From IMG/VR virus record IMGVR_UViG_2974644787_000001, positions 1 through 64,000 of that record: a stretch of DNA of 64,000 nt, one strand, 5' to 3'. The stretch is from a virus (Duplodnaviria > Caudoviricetes). Of the stretch, positions 9,875 to 19,999 are shown piece after piece; within the stretch, counting starts at the first letter, position 1, and each line of letters starts with the position of its first letter. A program made the translations under genes and the position numbers. Under the pieces are notes generated by a model. It saw only the letters and a list, made by a program, of their open reading frames with translations. It was not told where the DNA came from and searched no databases.

Positions 9875-9900
9875 TTATAAAAAATTTAGAAGGACAGAAC

Positions 9901-10506
9901 ATGGAAAATAAAAACGAAACAAAAGAACAAGTGGCCGTGGAAGAAACACCGGAGACATTCACGGAAGAAGTAATGGAAGACTCTGAGAGCGTACAGACGG
10001 CCGTAGTGGAAGGCGTTGATACTGTTTCTGGGGATGGAACAGGTGAACCCCTTCCCGAATTTGATCAGGAAAATCCTTCCGATCTTAAAGATGGAAATGT
10101 ATTAAATCCACCTCCTGAAATTGAAGAAGAAAACTTGGGAGAGGAAGCCTCTGCAGAAGATCTAGGGATAGGTTTCATTCAAGGGGAAATTGATCACTTA
10201 AGTGAACAAGAGAAAACGGAATTGGGATACACGATTTCCGATATACTCGCTACTCCTAACCAATCGCAATCTATAATCGTATCCATGGTTATAAATGCTA
10301 TTTTGGATAAAGTTGGTAGTGTAAATCCAAATGCAATCGAGGCTCTTGGACAATTATCAACTCAAATTGTAGAACGCGCGGCCACTCAAGAATATCTCAC
10401 GCTTGTTTCCGAATTTGAGGGTGTTGTTTCTAGTGGATTGCCGAATGCTACTAAGTTGTCTTTATACTCACAGCAGTTAGATCAATTTGCAAAACGATTG
10501 GGGTAA
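9901..10506 (+). CDS. Acidic hypothetical head-module protein
   Basis: SD AAGGA; very Glu-rich N-terminal half. Confidence 0.65.
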   Translation: MENKNETKEQVAVEETPETFTEEVMEDSESVQTAVVEGVDTVSGDGTGEPLPEFDQENPSDLKDGNVLNPPPEIEEENLGEEASAEDLGIGFIQGEIDHLSEQEKTELGYTISDILATPNQSQSIIVSMVINAILDKVGSVNPNAIEALGQLSTQIVERAATQEYLTLVSEFEGVVSSGLPNATKLSLYSQQLDQFAKRLG

Positions 10507-11470
10507 AGAGTCCCCCTTTTTGCGAAGTAAAGCAGGAAGGGAATTTCAGCTAATTGTTGGGGATAGGCTCAAGTGGATAGAATATGTCGTGCTTGGTCCT
10601 GACTCCCCTACTATGTACGCATCAAAACTTTATTTTAAGAAAGGTGTATTAAATTGGGGAAAAAATCTTTTTGCCAGATTATTCCCTACTATTTCTTCGA
10701 AAACATTCCCAATAAAAATGCGACCGACTGTTATAAGCATTGGAAAAGATACAGTTCACGAAGATTTGCCGGATCCTCAAAACCTGGAATTCGATGAATG
10801 GTTGTTTGATTATTTGGAAACAGACTGGAACCCTACTTATAAAGCAATAGGGGAATCAGGAACATTGCTCGGATACCTTTCTGGTTATTTGACAGGTGAA
10901 CTAAAACTTCCAATGGAAACTGTCACTGAAATGGGGATCCAAGATTATGACAAAGCCTTAAAGCATAAACTTGGGTTTGGAATTGAGGAAATTTTCGAAA
11001 AAGAAAAGATAGTCTCGAAAAAAGAAGTCACAAGGCTTGCGACTGAATACGCAAAGAAACACGGAGCGGAATGGCTTGCGATATACAAGCGAGATGACCA
11101 GGGTGAAATAATCTATGGAGAAGATGGGCAACCTATAAGAGGTGGAAAGCCTTATGAGTACCTAACACAAATGTGGCGCGATATGATCGTTACAGCAATT
11201 CAAGAAGGGAAGACGCTTGAACAAATGCAAAGCGATTTTGCTTATCCAGATCTAATGGACCTAGTTGATAAAGGGACAATTTCACCTGAAACTTATTTGG
11301 AATTACTCAATGGGAAAGAATCCGAATTGCTTCAATTGCGTTTGAATAGAAATTTTCGACGATTTGCCTGGACAGAGGCAAGTATGGCATTCAATGCTGG
11401 AAGAATCCGTGCTATGAGTGAAATGGGGATCAATTATGGTATATTCCGAAAAGGGCAAAGAGTGATGTAA
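10487..11470 (+). CDS. MuF-like minor head protein, N-terminal part only
   Basis: Ends NRNFRRFAWTEASMAFNAGRI...GINY (MuF R-x-A-x-TE...N-x-G motif) but lacks the C-x-x-C...HP-x-C-x-C half. Confidence 0.65.
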   Translation: MQNDWGKESPFLRSKAGREFQLIVGDRLKWIEYVVLGPDSPTMYASKLYFKKGVLNWGKNLFARLFPTISSKTFPIKMRPTVISIGKDTVHEDLPDPQNLEFDEWLFDYLETDWNPTYKAIGESGTLLGYLSGYLTGELKLPMETVTEMGIQDYDKALKHKLGFGIEEIFEKEKIVSKKEVTRLATEYAKKHGAEWLAIYKRDDQGEIIYGEDGQPIRGGKPYEYLTQMWRDMIVTAIQEGKTLEQMQSDFAYPDLMDLVDKGTISPETYLELLNGKESELLQLRLNRNFRRFAWTEASMAFNAGRIRAMSEMGINYGIFRKGQRVM

Positions 11471-11931
11471 TGACTGATCATTATAAAGAGCATTTAGAAT
11501 TTCTTAGGCGAGTAATTTTAAAAAAGTTTGAAGATGCAAATAAGCGTCACCAAACATGGCACGATATTACACCGATTGAGGATCCTTGGGAAAAGAAGTA
11601 TTGGCTCATGCTTAAGGATATTTTGGATCGAGTTGATAGTTATATAAAATCGACTCCACCAAAACGTTCTGGAAGAGAGGTCGTTCTAGATGCAATGGCC
11701 TTCTCAGAAATGACAGAATTTTTAGATCCTAAAAGTGCAGTTTCTAAATACAGAAATGAAATGGACACGGATGAGTTCGAAACTCTCGGTATCGTTCTGC
11801 TCTCTGTGAGGAAAGCGGGAGAAGAAATCTATCTAGATGTTTCTGGATCAACATTTACCCAAGAGCAAAAACTCGCAGTCATAGAATCCGCAAAAGAGGT
11901 AATCGAGCGGAATGGTGGGAAATATAACTAA
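11470..11931 (+). CDS. Hypothetical protein
   Basis: 153-aa ORF translationally coupled on both sides. Confidence 0.6.
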   Translation: MTDHYKEHLEFLRRVILKKFEDANKRHQTWHDITPIEDPWEKKYWLMLKDILDRVDSYIKSTPPKRSGREVVLDAMAFSEMTEFLDPKSAVSKYRNEMDTDEFETLGIVLLSVRKAGEEIYLDVSGSTFTQEQKLAVIESAKEVIERNGGKYN

Positions 11932-13085
11932 TGGCAAAGCAATATCTTTCTGGTGGCGGGAATCCATTTGGAGTTACCCCTGCGCCTTCAGTATTTAATC
12001 CTAATCCTCCAGATGATCTCATCAGTAGGCAAGGCGAGCCTGCAATTTGGATCCGTGCAATTCCTAAAATAGGTGATCTAGACGAAACAAAAATGGCGAT
12101 TCCAGGAAGTGATTCTCAATTGTATCGAATAGAACGATATCGACGAATGCCAACGGAAACATTGAATCCGATGTTTTACGATGGCAATGTCGTCCAAACG
12201 AAATACGGACCAATATCAAAAATCAGGTCTCTGAAAGTGTTTCGGAATAATGATTTCGGAGGGAATTTTAATCTATCAATTGAGAGTTTTGAGCACAATA
12301 GAATTAAGCTAAAACCAAATATTGAATTCCAAGAATATTACCAATTGGATTGTGATTACGATATTGAATCTTTTACAAAATTTGAAAATGTTCCATTTAT
12401 TCAAGAGGAAGACGGATATTTACTCCATCCAGTTCAAGAAGATATCATTGTAATAGTCGATTCGGTTTGGAGAGAACGTCCTGACAAATCGGGTTATGAT
12501 GAAATTGGATTCAAATATGATTTTACCAAAATCTCATGTGAGACAGTGGCAGAAGCGGGTCGAAGATATTTATTAAGCTACGTTACATTTTCGCCAATTA
12601 AAATTGGTTATAAAACTATCGATACTAAAGATGCTCGATTAGCAGAGAAAATGTTAGATGTCCAGTCAGGGGATATAGATATCGTAGTCGGTTCTGGTTT
12701 AAACCTTTCAAAAGATGACATACTGATTCCACTTCGAACTCTAAGGACAGAGAAAGAAATCCTGCAAAAAGATAAAGAAGGAAGATATCCAGTTAAATAT
12801 AGCCCACTCAGAGAGATTGTGGCCATCTATACTGACTCTATCGAGTATGAAGACTTTTGGATCGAAGACAGTAGATACGTTCGCATCAATTCTAGCACTC
12901 TTCCAGAAAGAATAGTCTGTGTGTACCAATATAACCCGCGATATTCAATTATGCCAGATACAACAGCCTCGGCATTGGCAGAACGTATCCAACCAAGAAA
13001 ATTTATTGGGAGGATTAATCAAACGAGGCTTGATCTTGGAAGAATCTTTCGCGAATCAATTTATCGTTCGGTAGCGACAGACTGA
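11931..13085 (+). CDS. Probable virion structural protein (head/neck)
   Basis: Beta-rich 384-aa ORF in the head operon; family not recognised. Confidence 0.5.
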   Translation: MAKQYLSGGGNPFGVTPAPSVFNPNPPDDLISRQGEPAIWIRAIPKIGDLDETKMAIPGSDSQLYRIERYRRMPTETLNPMFYDGNVVQTKYGPISKIRSLKVFRNNDFGGNFNLSIESFEHNRIKLKPNIEFQEYYQLDCDYDIESFTKFENVPFIQEEDGYLLHPVQEDIIVIVDSVWRERPDKSGYDEIGFKYDFTKISCETVAEAGRRYLLSYVTFSPIKIGYKTIDTKDARLAEKMLDVQSGDIDIVVGSGLNLSKDDILIPLRTLRTEKEILQKDKEGRYPVKYSPLREIVAIYTDSIEYEDFWIEDSRYVRINSSTLPERIVCVYQYNPRYSIMPDTTASALAERIQPRKFIGRINQTRLDLGRIFRESIYRSVATD

Positions 13086-13098
13086 AAACGAAAAAAGC

Positions 13099-13135
13099 TT
13101 GAATTCTCGCATAGGGGGTGCCCTTGTCACTTCCC
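13099..13135 (+). promoter_or_regulatory. Late-type promoter copy 4: TTGAAT-N17-CCTTGT-CACTTCCC-ATG
   Basis: Conserved motif and spacing. Confidence 0.8.
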
Positions 13136-16100
13136 ATGTCAAACTCCGCATCCAGTATTATACTGAACTTTATTAAAGGAACAAAAGGATCAGTCGGCCA
13201 AAACGTTAAGTATTATAAACGGGAATTAAAAGCAAAAGGTGGTTATCGATATTGGTATTCGAAGGAAGAATACGAAAAAGATCATCGGGAGAAAAAACCA
13301 AGTAAAGAGCTTGGGATATTAGAAAGAATTGCAGGCTTTTTCAAAACCGATCCTAGCGAAGCTAAGAAAGTTCCAAAAAAGGAATATGAAACTCACTCAA
13401 TTTCCGAAAAAGGTATTTCCTATCCAGAGTGGACTACTCACTTCGCAAAATATTTTGAACGTAAAGCAGAATATGATGCAAGATTTAACCAAGAGAAAAC
13501 GGCAACAGCAACTAACGGTAAAATTATAGACAAAAATCAAGAAACTGTTACAAAGATTGCAGATCAAAAATCGGAATCCAAATCGATTTATAAAACTTCG
13601 ATATTCCGGACTTTATTTAATTTATACGGAGAAAAAAATGTCATCGAAAGTAACACCGGAAGCACTTTACCAGAAAATCAAAGAGAGGAATCTATCACCT
13701 CTGATGCAATACACTCCACAGTGGATTTACGAGAGCCTGGCAGGGATTTGCGAAGCGGAAAAGAAACAAATCACGATGGAAAACCTTCTCCTTTACTCGG
13801 GGACTCTAAACGTGGATCTGGACATGATGTTCTCAGGGGGGAGCGATTAAAGAGTTTTTCTTCCCAAGTAAAATTCATTTCGACTATGCTCGAAGAAAAG
13901 GGCATAGATATTGAGAAGGACCTAAACAAACCAGGTCACATCGGTCTTACTTATCGTAACCTACTTGAGTTTATCGATTCAATGCCTAAGGAAACGAAAG
14001 CTCAAATCAAAAAAACATTCTCACAAATTGATTTTAAAAATGGAGATATCAAACATTACTTAGATTTTCTCGTAAATGGGATGATCCAATCAAAAGGGTT
14101 GGGAGCCAATTCAAATGTTTCTTTGTCAAAGGAAACTGAAATAACGGACCCAAACGCTCTATCTGAAGCGATGATAGGTAATCAGAATGCAAAAAAAGAT
14201 TCTCCATCTTTTCAACTCATCCAGGAATCAGTTTCAGAACCTAAAGGATTCCAGAAAGAAAATAACCTTTTCGGAATAACTCCTCAAACAGAAAGGAAAA
14301 TTCTTAATTCCAGCTTTCAGCCAAAACTTCAAGTATCGGAGGTAAAAACCATTCCTGAATTCGTTACAATGGTCAAAGATGCACTTCTGAAAGAAGGTCT
14401 TGATCAGAAAGCAGAGGAATGGGTAGACCAAGCATACAAAAGCGATGCGAAATCATTGAACGATTTACTAAATAAAGCATACCGCTTTGTTCAAATTAGT
14501 TCTGACGATTCTAATAAGATCCGGAAAGGATTAAAATCAATTCCTCACCAATCAAACTTAGAAACTGCTTCTAAAAACGTTGAGATAGTTAAAGAGAAGT
14601 TTTCCCAAAAAAAACAATTTGAAATCAATTCGAAGTGCAAACAGATTCTAGCATCGACTCCACCAAGCCAAATCACGGAAGAACAAAAAGAAATACTTCG
14701 CCAATATGAAGGCTCAGGTGGGCAGTCAACCAACGACGATGCGGAATCGAATCGTGGAATGCTCTACCAATTTTTCACACCAAGGAAAATGATTTCTAAA
14801 GTTCAGGATATCATGGCCAGGTATCTAAAGCCAGGTGACTCTGGACTAGAACCTAGTGCTGGTATTGGACGTTTCGCTGAAGGCGAAGGTTCAAAATACA
14901 ATTGGGATATGCTCGAATACAATCCTGATGACAATACAGCCTTTCAAATCGCGCGGATCCTTCATCCCGATGCAAATGTTTCTGACAAAGCTTTCGAAAC
15001 GTTATTTGTGGATTCAAAAAACAGATCTGTCGGTGAAAACTACAAAGGTAAGAAATACAAGTTTATCTCAGGGAATCCACCTTACGGAGAAATGTCGGGA
15101 AAATTCAAAGCCATCGAAGGGAAAGGTTGGAATCGTTACGAACACTACTTCATAAATAGAGGTCTTGATACTCTTGAGGAAGGCGGGACAATGTTCTATG
15201 TGGTCCCTTCCACTTTCTTACAAGCTGGTGAAACAACGTGGAAAAAGAAGATATTCGCGAAAGCTGAATTACTGGAAGCATATCGAATGCCTGAAGGTTC
15301 ATTTGGGAATACTGCAATCGGTGTTGATGTAATTGTTCTTAGAAAGAATACTACCGGTACTCAGGATAACGCAAACGCTTTCAATGGTAAGTATTTCGAA
15401 GAGAATCCGGAACATGTATTTGGAGATACACTAGAAAGAACCAACAGATTTGGACGGCCAGAAACCTATGTGAAAGGCAAAGCAGATGCTTTCTATAGTA
15501 TGACTCTCCCTTCCCCCAAGGAAATGTCTCAGGCTCAAAAGGATGCAATTTCACTTGGCCTCATGGGAAATGATAATGCCAAAGGGAAACGAAAAGCAGA
15601 AATTGCGGAAGGAACAAAGAAGGTCAATAAAACGGCCACAAAAAAAGAAGAAATCAAGAATACGATCGCTGAGAAGAAAGATCCTACAAAGAAAATTGAT
15701 ACTTATACTCAGGAAGAATTTAATACAAAATTCAATAAGAAGTTCACAGAAAAGGACCTAGAACTTGTTCGGAACACTTCACCTACTGGAATTATCGATG
15801 AAAAAATTCCATTCGATTCGGAAAGCATGGCAGTCCTTCCAGGTGGTGCAAGAACACCGCTTTATCTCTATAAGGCTGGCAATATAAAACAGAAATTAAT
15901 TGAACTCGAAAATTCAAAAGATGAATTGATCGCGGATTATGGCGAAGAACAATTTGAACGTCAAAGAAAACTTCTGATTTCAAAGGTTCCACCTAAGATC
16001 AAAATCGAGGATATTACGTTAACTCCAATTGAACCTTTTTCCAAGGGAATGGTTTTCGATAACGGAGACGGAAGTGAATCGACTCTTATTCAGAAATTCA

Positions 16101-19051
16101 AGGATTGGGTTTTAGGACAAAAAGTAGAATTTGGCTATGGTAGAAGGAGGCAGGTTCGGTATGAAGGTGGCATCGATCCAAAACTTTTCAATGGTTACTC
16201 GGTAACGCGGGAAGACATTATTGATTATGTAGACGGAGAGAGAGTAAGGCGAAGCCAAGATTTTTCCAATGACCTAAGAAAAGAAGAACGTAAAACCCTC
16301 GGTAATAAATATTTCAAAGAGTTTATGGATACCGTGCTAACTCCATCCGAAAAAGCAAAAGTCGAATTGGAGTGGAATGATAGATATAACGTCAATGCAA
16401 ACATCGATGGATCTGAAATCCCAGTCCTCTTGGAAGGTATGTCGAAAACTTACAAGGGCGAAATCCAAGACCCTAGAGATTTGCAAATGGAGTTTGTTGC
16501 CAGATATATGGCCAAAGGCGTTGGATGTGCAACACATGAAGTCGGCCTCGGTAAAACTTGGTCCGGGATCATGTCCACTGTCTCGGCAATGCAGGCAGGA
16601 AGAACGAAAAAACCGTTGATCGTTGTCCCTACTTCAGTTTTAGAAAAATGGTATACGGAAGCTAAAGAACGATTCCCGAATGTTCCTTTCCAAATGGTAG
16701 GTACTCCGGAGCTAAATAAACTTACGGCCGACCAAGGTGGCAAATACACTCCTCCGGAAGGGACAGTTACAATCATGTCTTATAATGCGTTTGAAACCTT
16801 TGGATTCTCAGACGAAATTTATAGCGAGCTCACTTCAGATATCAAAGATAAGATAATAGATCCAAAATCAACAGAAGGGAAAAAAGGAAATTCCAAATCA
16901 AGAACGGAAGCTAAAGACCAGGAGAAAGTAGAAGGGAAAATGTCCCTGGCTTTAAAAGGTACTTCAAATCAACTTAAATTTGATGAAGCGGGTTTTGATC
17001 ACCTAACAGTTGACGAAGCACACAATTTTAATAACATCTTTACGGACCAAGCATCTGGCCGATTCGGGAATAATCAAGGCGCAAGTGAAGATCCACTTAC
17101 TAAAGGGAAAGAGGATGATGAGAAGGAATCTGTAAACGAATACGCTGGTATCACTGGTGGAACTCCGTCAAGTAGAGGATGGAAAATGTGGCTCGCATCT
17201 CAGTACGTCCAAAAGAGAAATAACAACAGAAACGTTTTGCTACTCTCCGCAACTCCATTTACGAATAATCCTCTTCAGGTGTATTCATTGCTTTCTATGA
17301 TTGCGCGGGAAAAATTGCAATCGCTTGGGATAAACTCTGTAAGAGATTTCCTTGGTGCGTTTGTAGAATCTCAAGCTGAAAACGTTGTAAAAGGTGATGG
17401 AACTATCATTCGTAAAAATGTTGTGAGAAGCTGGAAAAATGCACCTGCATTCCAGGATCTCATTGCTGAATTTTTCGAATTCAAGTCAGGCGATAAGAAT
17501 GGAGTCAAAAGACCAAAGCTAAAACTAAAAGCTGTCACTATTCCTTTGTCTGAAGAACAAATTCAAATTCGAGACCAATTGGAATCGATGTATGATGCAA
17601 GAGATAAGGATGGTAACCCTCTTCCTGGAGCTCCACTTGTCTCCATTGGGGTTCAGCAGCTAATGGGCGTTTCCCCTGCACTTGTAAAAAAAGGCGAAGG
17701 CGCAATTTGGGATACGGAGGAAGCTACTGGTATCAATCCAAATGGGTCGAGGGATTTCGTAGAGCGATCCCCTAAATTGAAATATATTTGCGATTCAATC
17801 GCTGGCTTTTACAAAGCGCATCAGGATGCAAAACCTGGTGAACCTATCCCTGGACAAATTTTCTTCCTACCGAAAGGCGTAGAGCGAATCAAAGAAGTAA
17901 AAGAGTATTTGGTAAGCGTGAAAGGTCTTCCACCTGAAGCTGTTGAATTTCTTGATGCAAAATCTAAAACGGATCCAGCGAAAGATGTCGATTTGAAAAA
18001 TAAAGGGATCAAACGGTTTACGGAGATTACGAATGATTTCAATAACATAAACGGTAAATGTAAAATCATAATCGGAACGGATGTGATTAAAGAAGGTGTA
18101 GATCTAAACGGGAATACTGCGGTTGCATATAACTCTTGTATCGATTGGAACCCTACTACTGAAGTTCAGAAGCGTGGCCGTCACCATAGACCCGGAAACC
18201 TGTTGAGTAACGTAATGTGGGTTGATGTTCTCATGGAAGATTCAATCGATTCCAAACTCTATCAAAAGCAAGGGGAAAAGATTTCAAGGATCAATCAAGT
18301 ATTTGAGAAAGATGGATCAAAGGCCATAGACATTTCCGAGATTAATCCAGATGAAATGAAATTGGATTTAATCCGTGACCCTATTAGAAAGGCCCGGTTG
18401 TCTTTGTTAGAAGAATCTCAGAAAATCAATGTAAAGGCTCGCGAAGCACAATCACAAGCACTCATGTATGCCGGACTTTCAAATGATTTTGAATCGCTTA
18501 CTAAAGAAATCACTGAACTCGAAGTTGATCTCTTAGATAACGAGAAATACTTAAAAGAGCAAATTGATGAAATGAAAGCAAGTGGTTTGGAAAAGAAAGA
18601 TTGGGAAAATAAATGGAACTACAAGTGGGCAAAAGATAAAGTAGCAAAATCTAAAAAAGATATCTCGGAAGCAAAACGTAAACTTGAGAGAGTTGAAAAC
18701 CAATTAAAATCCAAAGGCGTAAATGAGAAGACTGCTATAAAAGAAGCTGAAAAATTCCAAGCAATTGCGGACAAACTTTTTGAGCAAGTGAGAGAGTATA
18801 AGGATCCAGAAACTCAAAAGAAACTCGCCAAAAAATTTGCAGATGAAATTGCCAAGAGGGATAAAGACAAAATCAAAACTCCTCTCGATCAAATGGTTCA
18901 ATCCCAGGTAGCAGAAGTCCTTGAAATGGTAGGAATCAAACAAATTCAGAAATCTCACTCTTCACAATTGAGTGATAGAAGAATCATAACCCAAGCAAAG
19001 ATCACAATTTTCAATTTCGTAAAAGGTAAAAAACATGGCTCGACCGTTTAA
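13136..19051 (+). CDS. DarB-like polyvalent protein: N6-adenine methyltransferase plus SNF2/SF2 helicase, probably virion-packaged
   Basis: MTase motifs EPSAGIGRF and GNPPY; helicase motifs HEVGLGKT, VDEAHNF, SATP, QKRGRHHRPGN; architecture of P1 DarB. Confidence 0.85.
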   Translation: MSNSASSIILNFIKGTKGSVGQNVKYYKRELKAKGGYRYWYSKEEYEKDHREKKPSKELGILERIAGFFKTDPSEAKKVPKKEYETHSISEKGISYPEWTTHFAKYFERKAEYDARFNQEKTATATNGKIIDKNQETVTKIADQKSESKSIYKTSIFRTLFNLYGEKNVIESNTGSTLPENQREESITSDAIHSTVDLREPGRDLRSGKETNHDGKPSPLLGDSKRGSGHDVLRGERLKSFSSQVKFISTMLEEKGIDIEKDLNKPGHIGLTYRNLLEFIDSMPKETKAQIKKTFSQIDFKNGDIKHYLDFLVNGMIQSKGLGANSNVSLSKETEITDPNALSEAMIGNQNAKKDSPSFQLIQESVSEPKGFQKENNLFGITPQTERKILNSSFQPKLQVSEVKTIPEFVTMVKDALLKEGLDQKAEEWVDQAYKSDAKSLNDLLNKAYRFVQISSDDSNKIRKGLKSIPHQSNLETASKNVEIVKEKFSQKKQFEINSKCKQILASTPPSQITEEQKEILRQYEGSGGQSTNDDAESNRGMLYQFFTPRKMISKVQDIMARYLKPGDSGLEPSAGIGRFAEGEGSKYNWDMLEYNPDDNTAFQIARILHPDANVSDKAFETLFVDSKNRSVGENYKGKKYKFISGNPPYGEMSGKFKAIEGKGWNRYEHYFINRGLDTLEEGGTMFYVVPSTFLQAGETTWKKKIFAKAELLEAYRMPEGSFGNTAIGVDVIVLRKNTTGTQDNANAFNGKYFEENPEHVFGDTLERTNRFGRPETYVKGKADAFYSMTLPSPKEMSQAQKDAISLGLMGNDNAKGKRKAEIAEGTKKVNKTATKKEEIKNTIAEKKDPTKKIDTYTQEEFNTKFNKKFTEKDLELVRNTSPTGIIDEKIPFDSESMAVLPGGARTPLYLYKAGNIKQKLIELENSKDELIADYGEEQFERQRKLLISKVPPKIKIEDITLTPIEPFSKGMVFDNGDGSESTLIQKFKDWVLGQKVEFGYGRRRQVRYEGGIDPKLFNGYSVTREDIIDYVDGERVRRSQDFSNDLRKEERKTLGNKYFKEFMDTVLTPSEKAKVELEWNDRYNVNANIDGSEIPVLLEGMSKTYKGEIQDPRDLQMEFVARYMAKGVGCATHEVGLGKTWSGIMSTVSAMQAGRTKKPLIVVPTSVLEKWYTEAKERFPNVPFQMVGTPELNKLTADQGGKYTPPEGTVTIMSYNAFETFGFSDEIYSELTSDIKDKIIDPKSTEGKKGNSKSRTEAKDQEKVEGKMSLALKGTSNQLKFDEAGFDHLTVDEAHNFNNIFTDQASGRFGNNQGASEDPLTKGKEDDEKESVNEYAGITGGTPSSRGWKMWLASQYVQKRNNNRNVLLLSATPFTNNPLQVYSLLSMIAREKLQSLGINSVRDFLGAFVESQAENVVKGDGTIIRKNVVRSWKNAPAFQDLIAEFFEFKSGDKNGVKRPKLKLKAVTIPLSEEQIQIRDQLESMYDARDKDGNPLPGAPLVSIGVQQLMGVSPALVKKGEGAIWDTEEATGINPNGSRDFVERSPKLKYICDSIAGFYKAHQDAKPGEPIPGQIFFLPKGVERIKEVKEYLVSVKGLPPEAVEFLDAKSKTDPAKDVDLKNKGIKRFTEITNDFNNINGKCKIIIGTDVIKEGVDLNGNTAVAYNSCIDWNPTTEVQKRGRHHRPGNLLSNVMWVDVLMEDSIDSKLYQKQGEKISRINQVFEKDGSKAIDISEINPDEMKLDLIRDPIRKARLSLLEESQKINVKAREAQSQALMYAGLSNDFESLTKEITELEVDLLDNEKYLKEQIDEMKASGLEKKDWENKWNYKWAKDKVAKSKKDISEAKRKLERVENQLKSKGVNEKTAIKEAEKFQAIADKLFEQVREYKDPETQKKLAKKFADEIAKRDKDKIKTPLDQMVQSQVAEVLEMVGIKQIQKSHSSQLSDRRIITQAKITIFNFVKGKKHGSTV

Positions 19052-19985
19052 AGGGTTTCTATTCCAAAATCCCGATGAAAATGCAAATAGACACCTTTTG
19101 GAAAGGCTGTATGCAACAGAAAATCCTGGTGAAATCGATCCATCTATTCCAAAGACCGGCGGGTGGGGAGCAATTGTAACTCCAGATGAGATCCGATATT
19201 CTTTAATGTCAGGTAACGGGCGATTGGTGACGGTCGATGGATCGTATATCACAGACGAAAATTTAAAAGGATTCGTCGATCAGGTTACGCTTGCAATTTC
19301 TGAGGAATTGGAACATGAAATTTATCCGACAATCTACAGGCATAGACCAAAAGGGAATCTACCGCGAGCAATTGAGCCTCATGCAAAGTGGTACGATGCT
19401 CACGATTATCAGAATTCAGATCTTGGTAATAATTTCTTTGTGGAACTTCGTAAAAAACCACTTCAGCGACTTATCACTTGGCAGTTTGTAAATCCGATTG
19501 GCCGGGACATGAACAATGAACCTACCACCACAATTGTTGATTTCCAAAAGCGAGCGAGAATAATGTATGATCAAGGGATTTTACGTTCTATCGGGATCCT
19601 CGGTTCCAATGTCTCCTTTTCTGGTAACGCTGCGCTTCGATCGCAAAGGGTTTTCCAAGGCATGAGTCCAACCAAAATTCCAACTACTCATTATATTGAT
19701 TTTATCTCAGGTTATGACTCTGCTTATCGAGTTCCAGCCGAACTAAGAGAGGTGATCGGACTTATAACAGCCATTAAAGTAATGTCGATCTATGGAGATG
19801 GGCGTGCCGCAGCCGTCGCTAGTTTTTCAGTAGGAGTAGGAGTGCTTCATGAATCTGTCAGCACTACTCAGTCAGCGACGAGCTCAATGTACGGAGCCCG
19901 TATCTTAGAATTGACTAACTATCTGAAGGCATGGTATGAAAAAAACATGAGTCGATATAGGTCAATGAGGGTGGCAATACTTTAA
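19035..19985 (+). CDS. Probable head-tail adaptor/connector
   Basis: IDFISGY...VPAELREVIG...SFSVG pattern seen in myovirus neck proteins; position in the operon. Confidence 0.6.
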   Translation: MARPFKGFLFQNPDENANRHLLERLYATENPGEIDPSIPKTGGWGAIVTPDEIRYSLMSGNGRLVTVDGSYITDENLKGFVDQVTLAISEELEHEIYPTIYRHRPKGNLPRAIEPHAKWYDAHDYQNSDLGNNFFVELRKKPLQRLITWQFVNPIGRDMNNEPTTTIVDFQKRARIMYDQGILRSIGILGSNVSFSGNAALRSQRVFQGMSPTKIPTTHYIDFISGYDSAYRVPAELREVIGLITAIKVMSIYGDGRAAAVASFSVGVGVLHESVSTTQSATSSMYGARILELTNYLKAWYEKNMSRYRSMRVAIL

Positions 19986-19999
19986 TTATTGCATTTGGA

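Noticed and set aside
5894-19051. Inteins or self-splicing introns in terL, portal or the DarB-like gene
   Set aside because: ORFs are continuous with normally spaced motifs; no intein C/S...HN-C signature or homing endonuclease was recognised by eye
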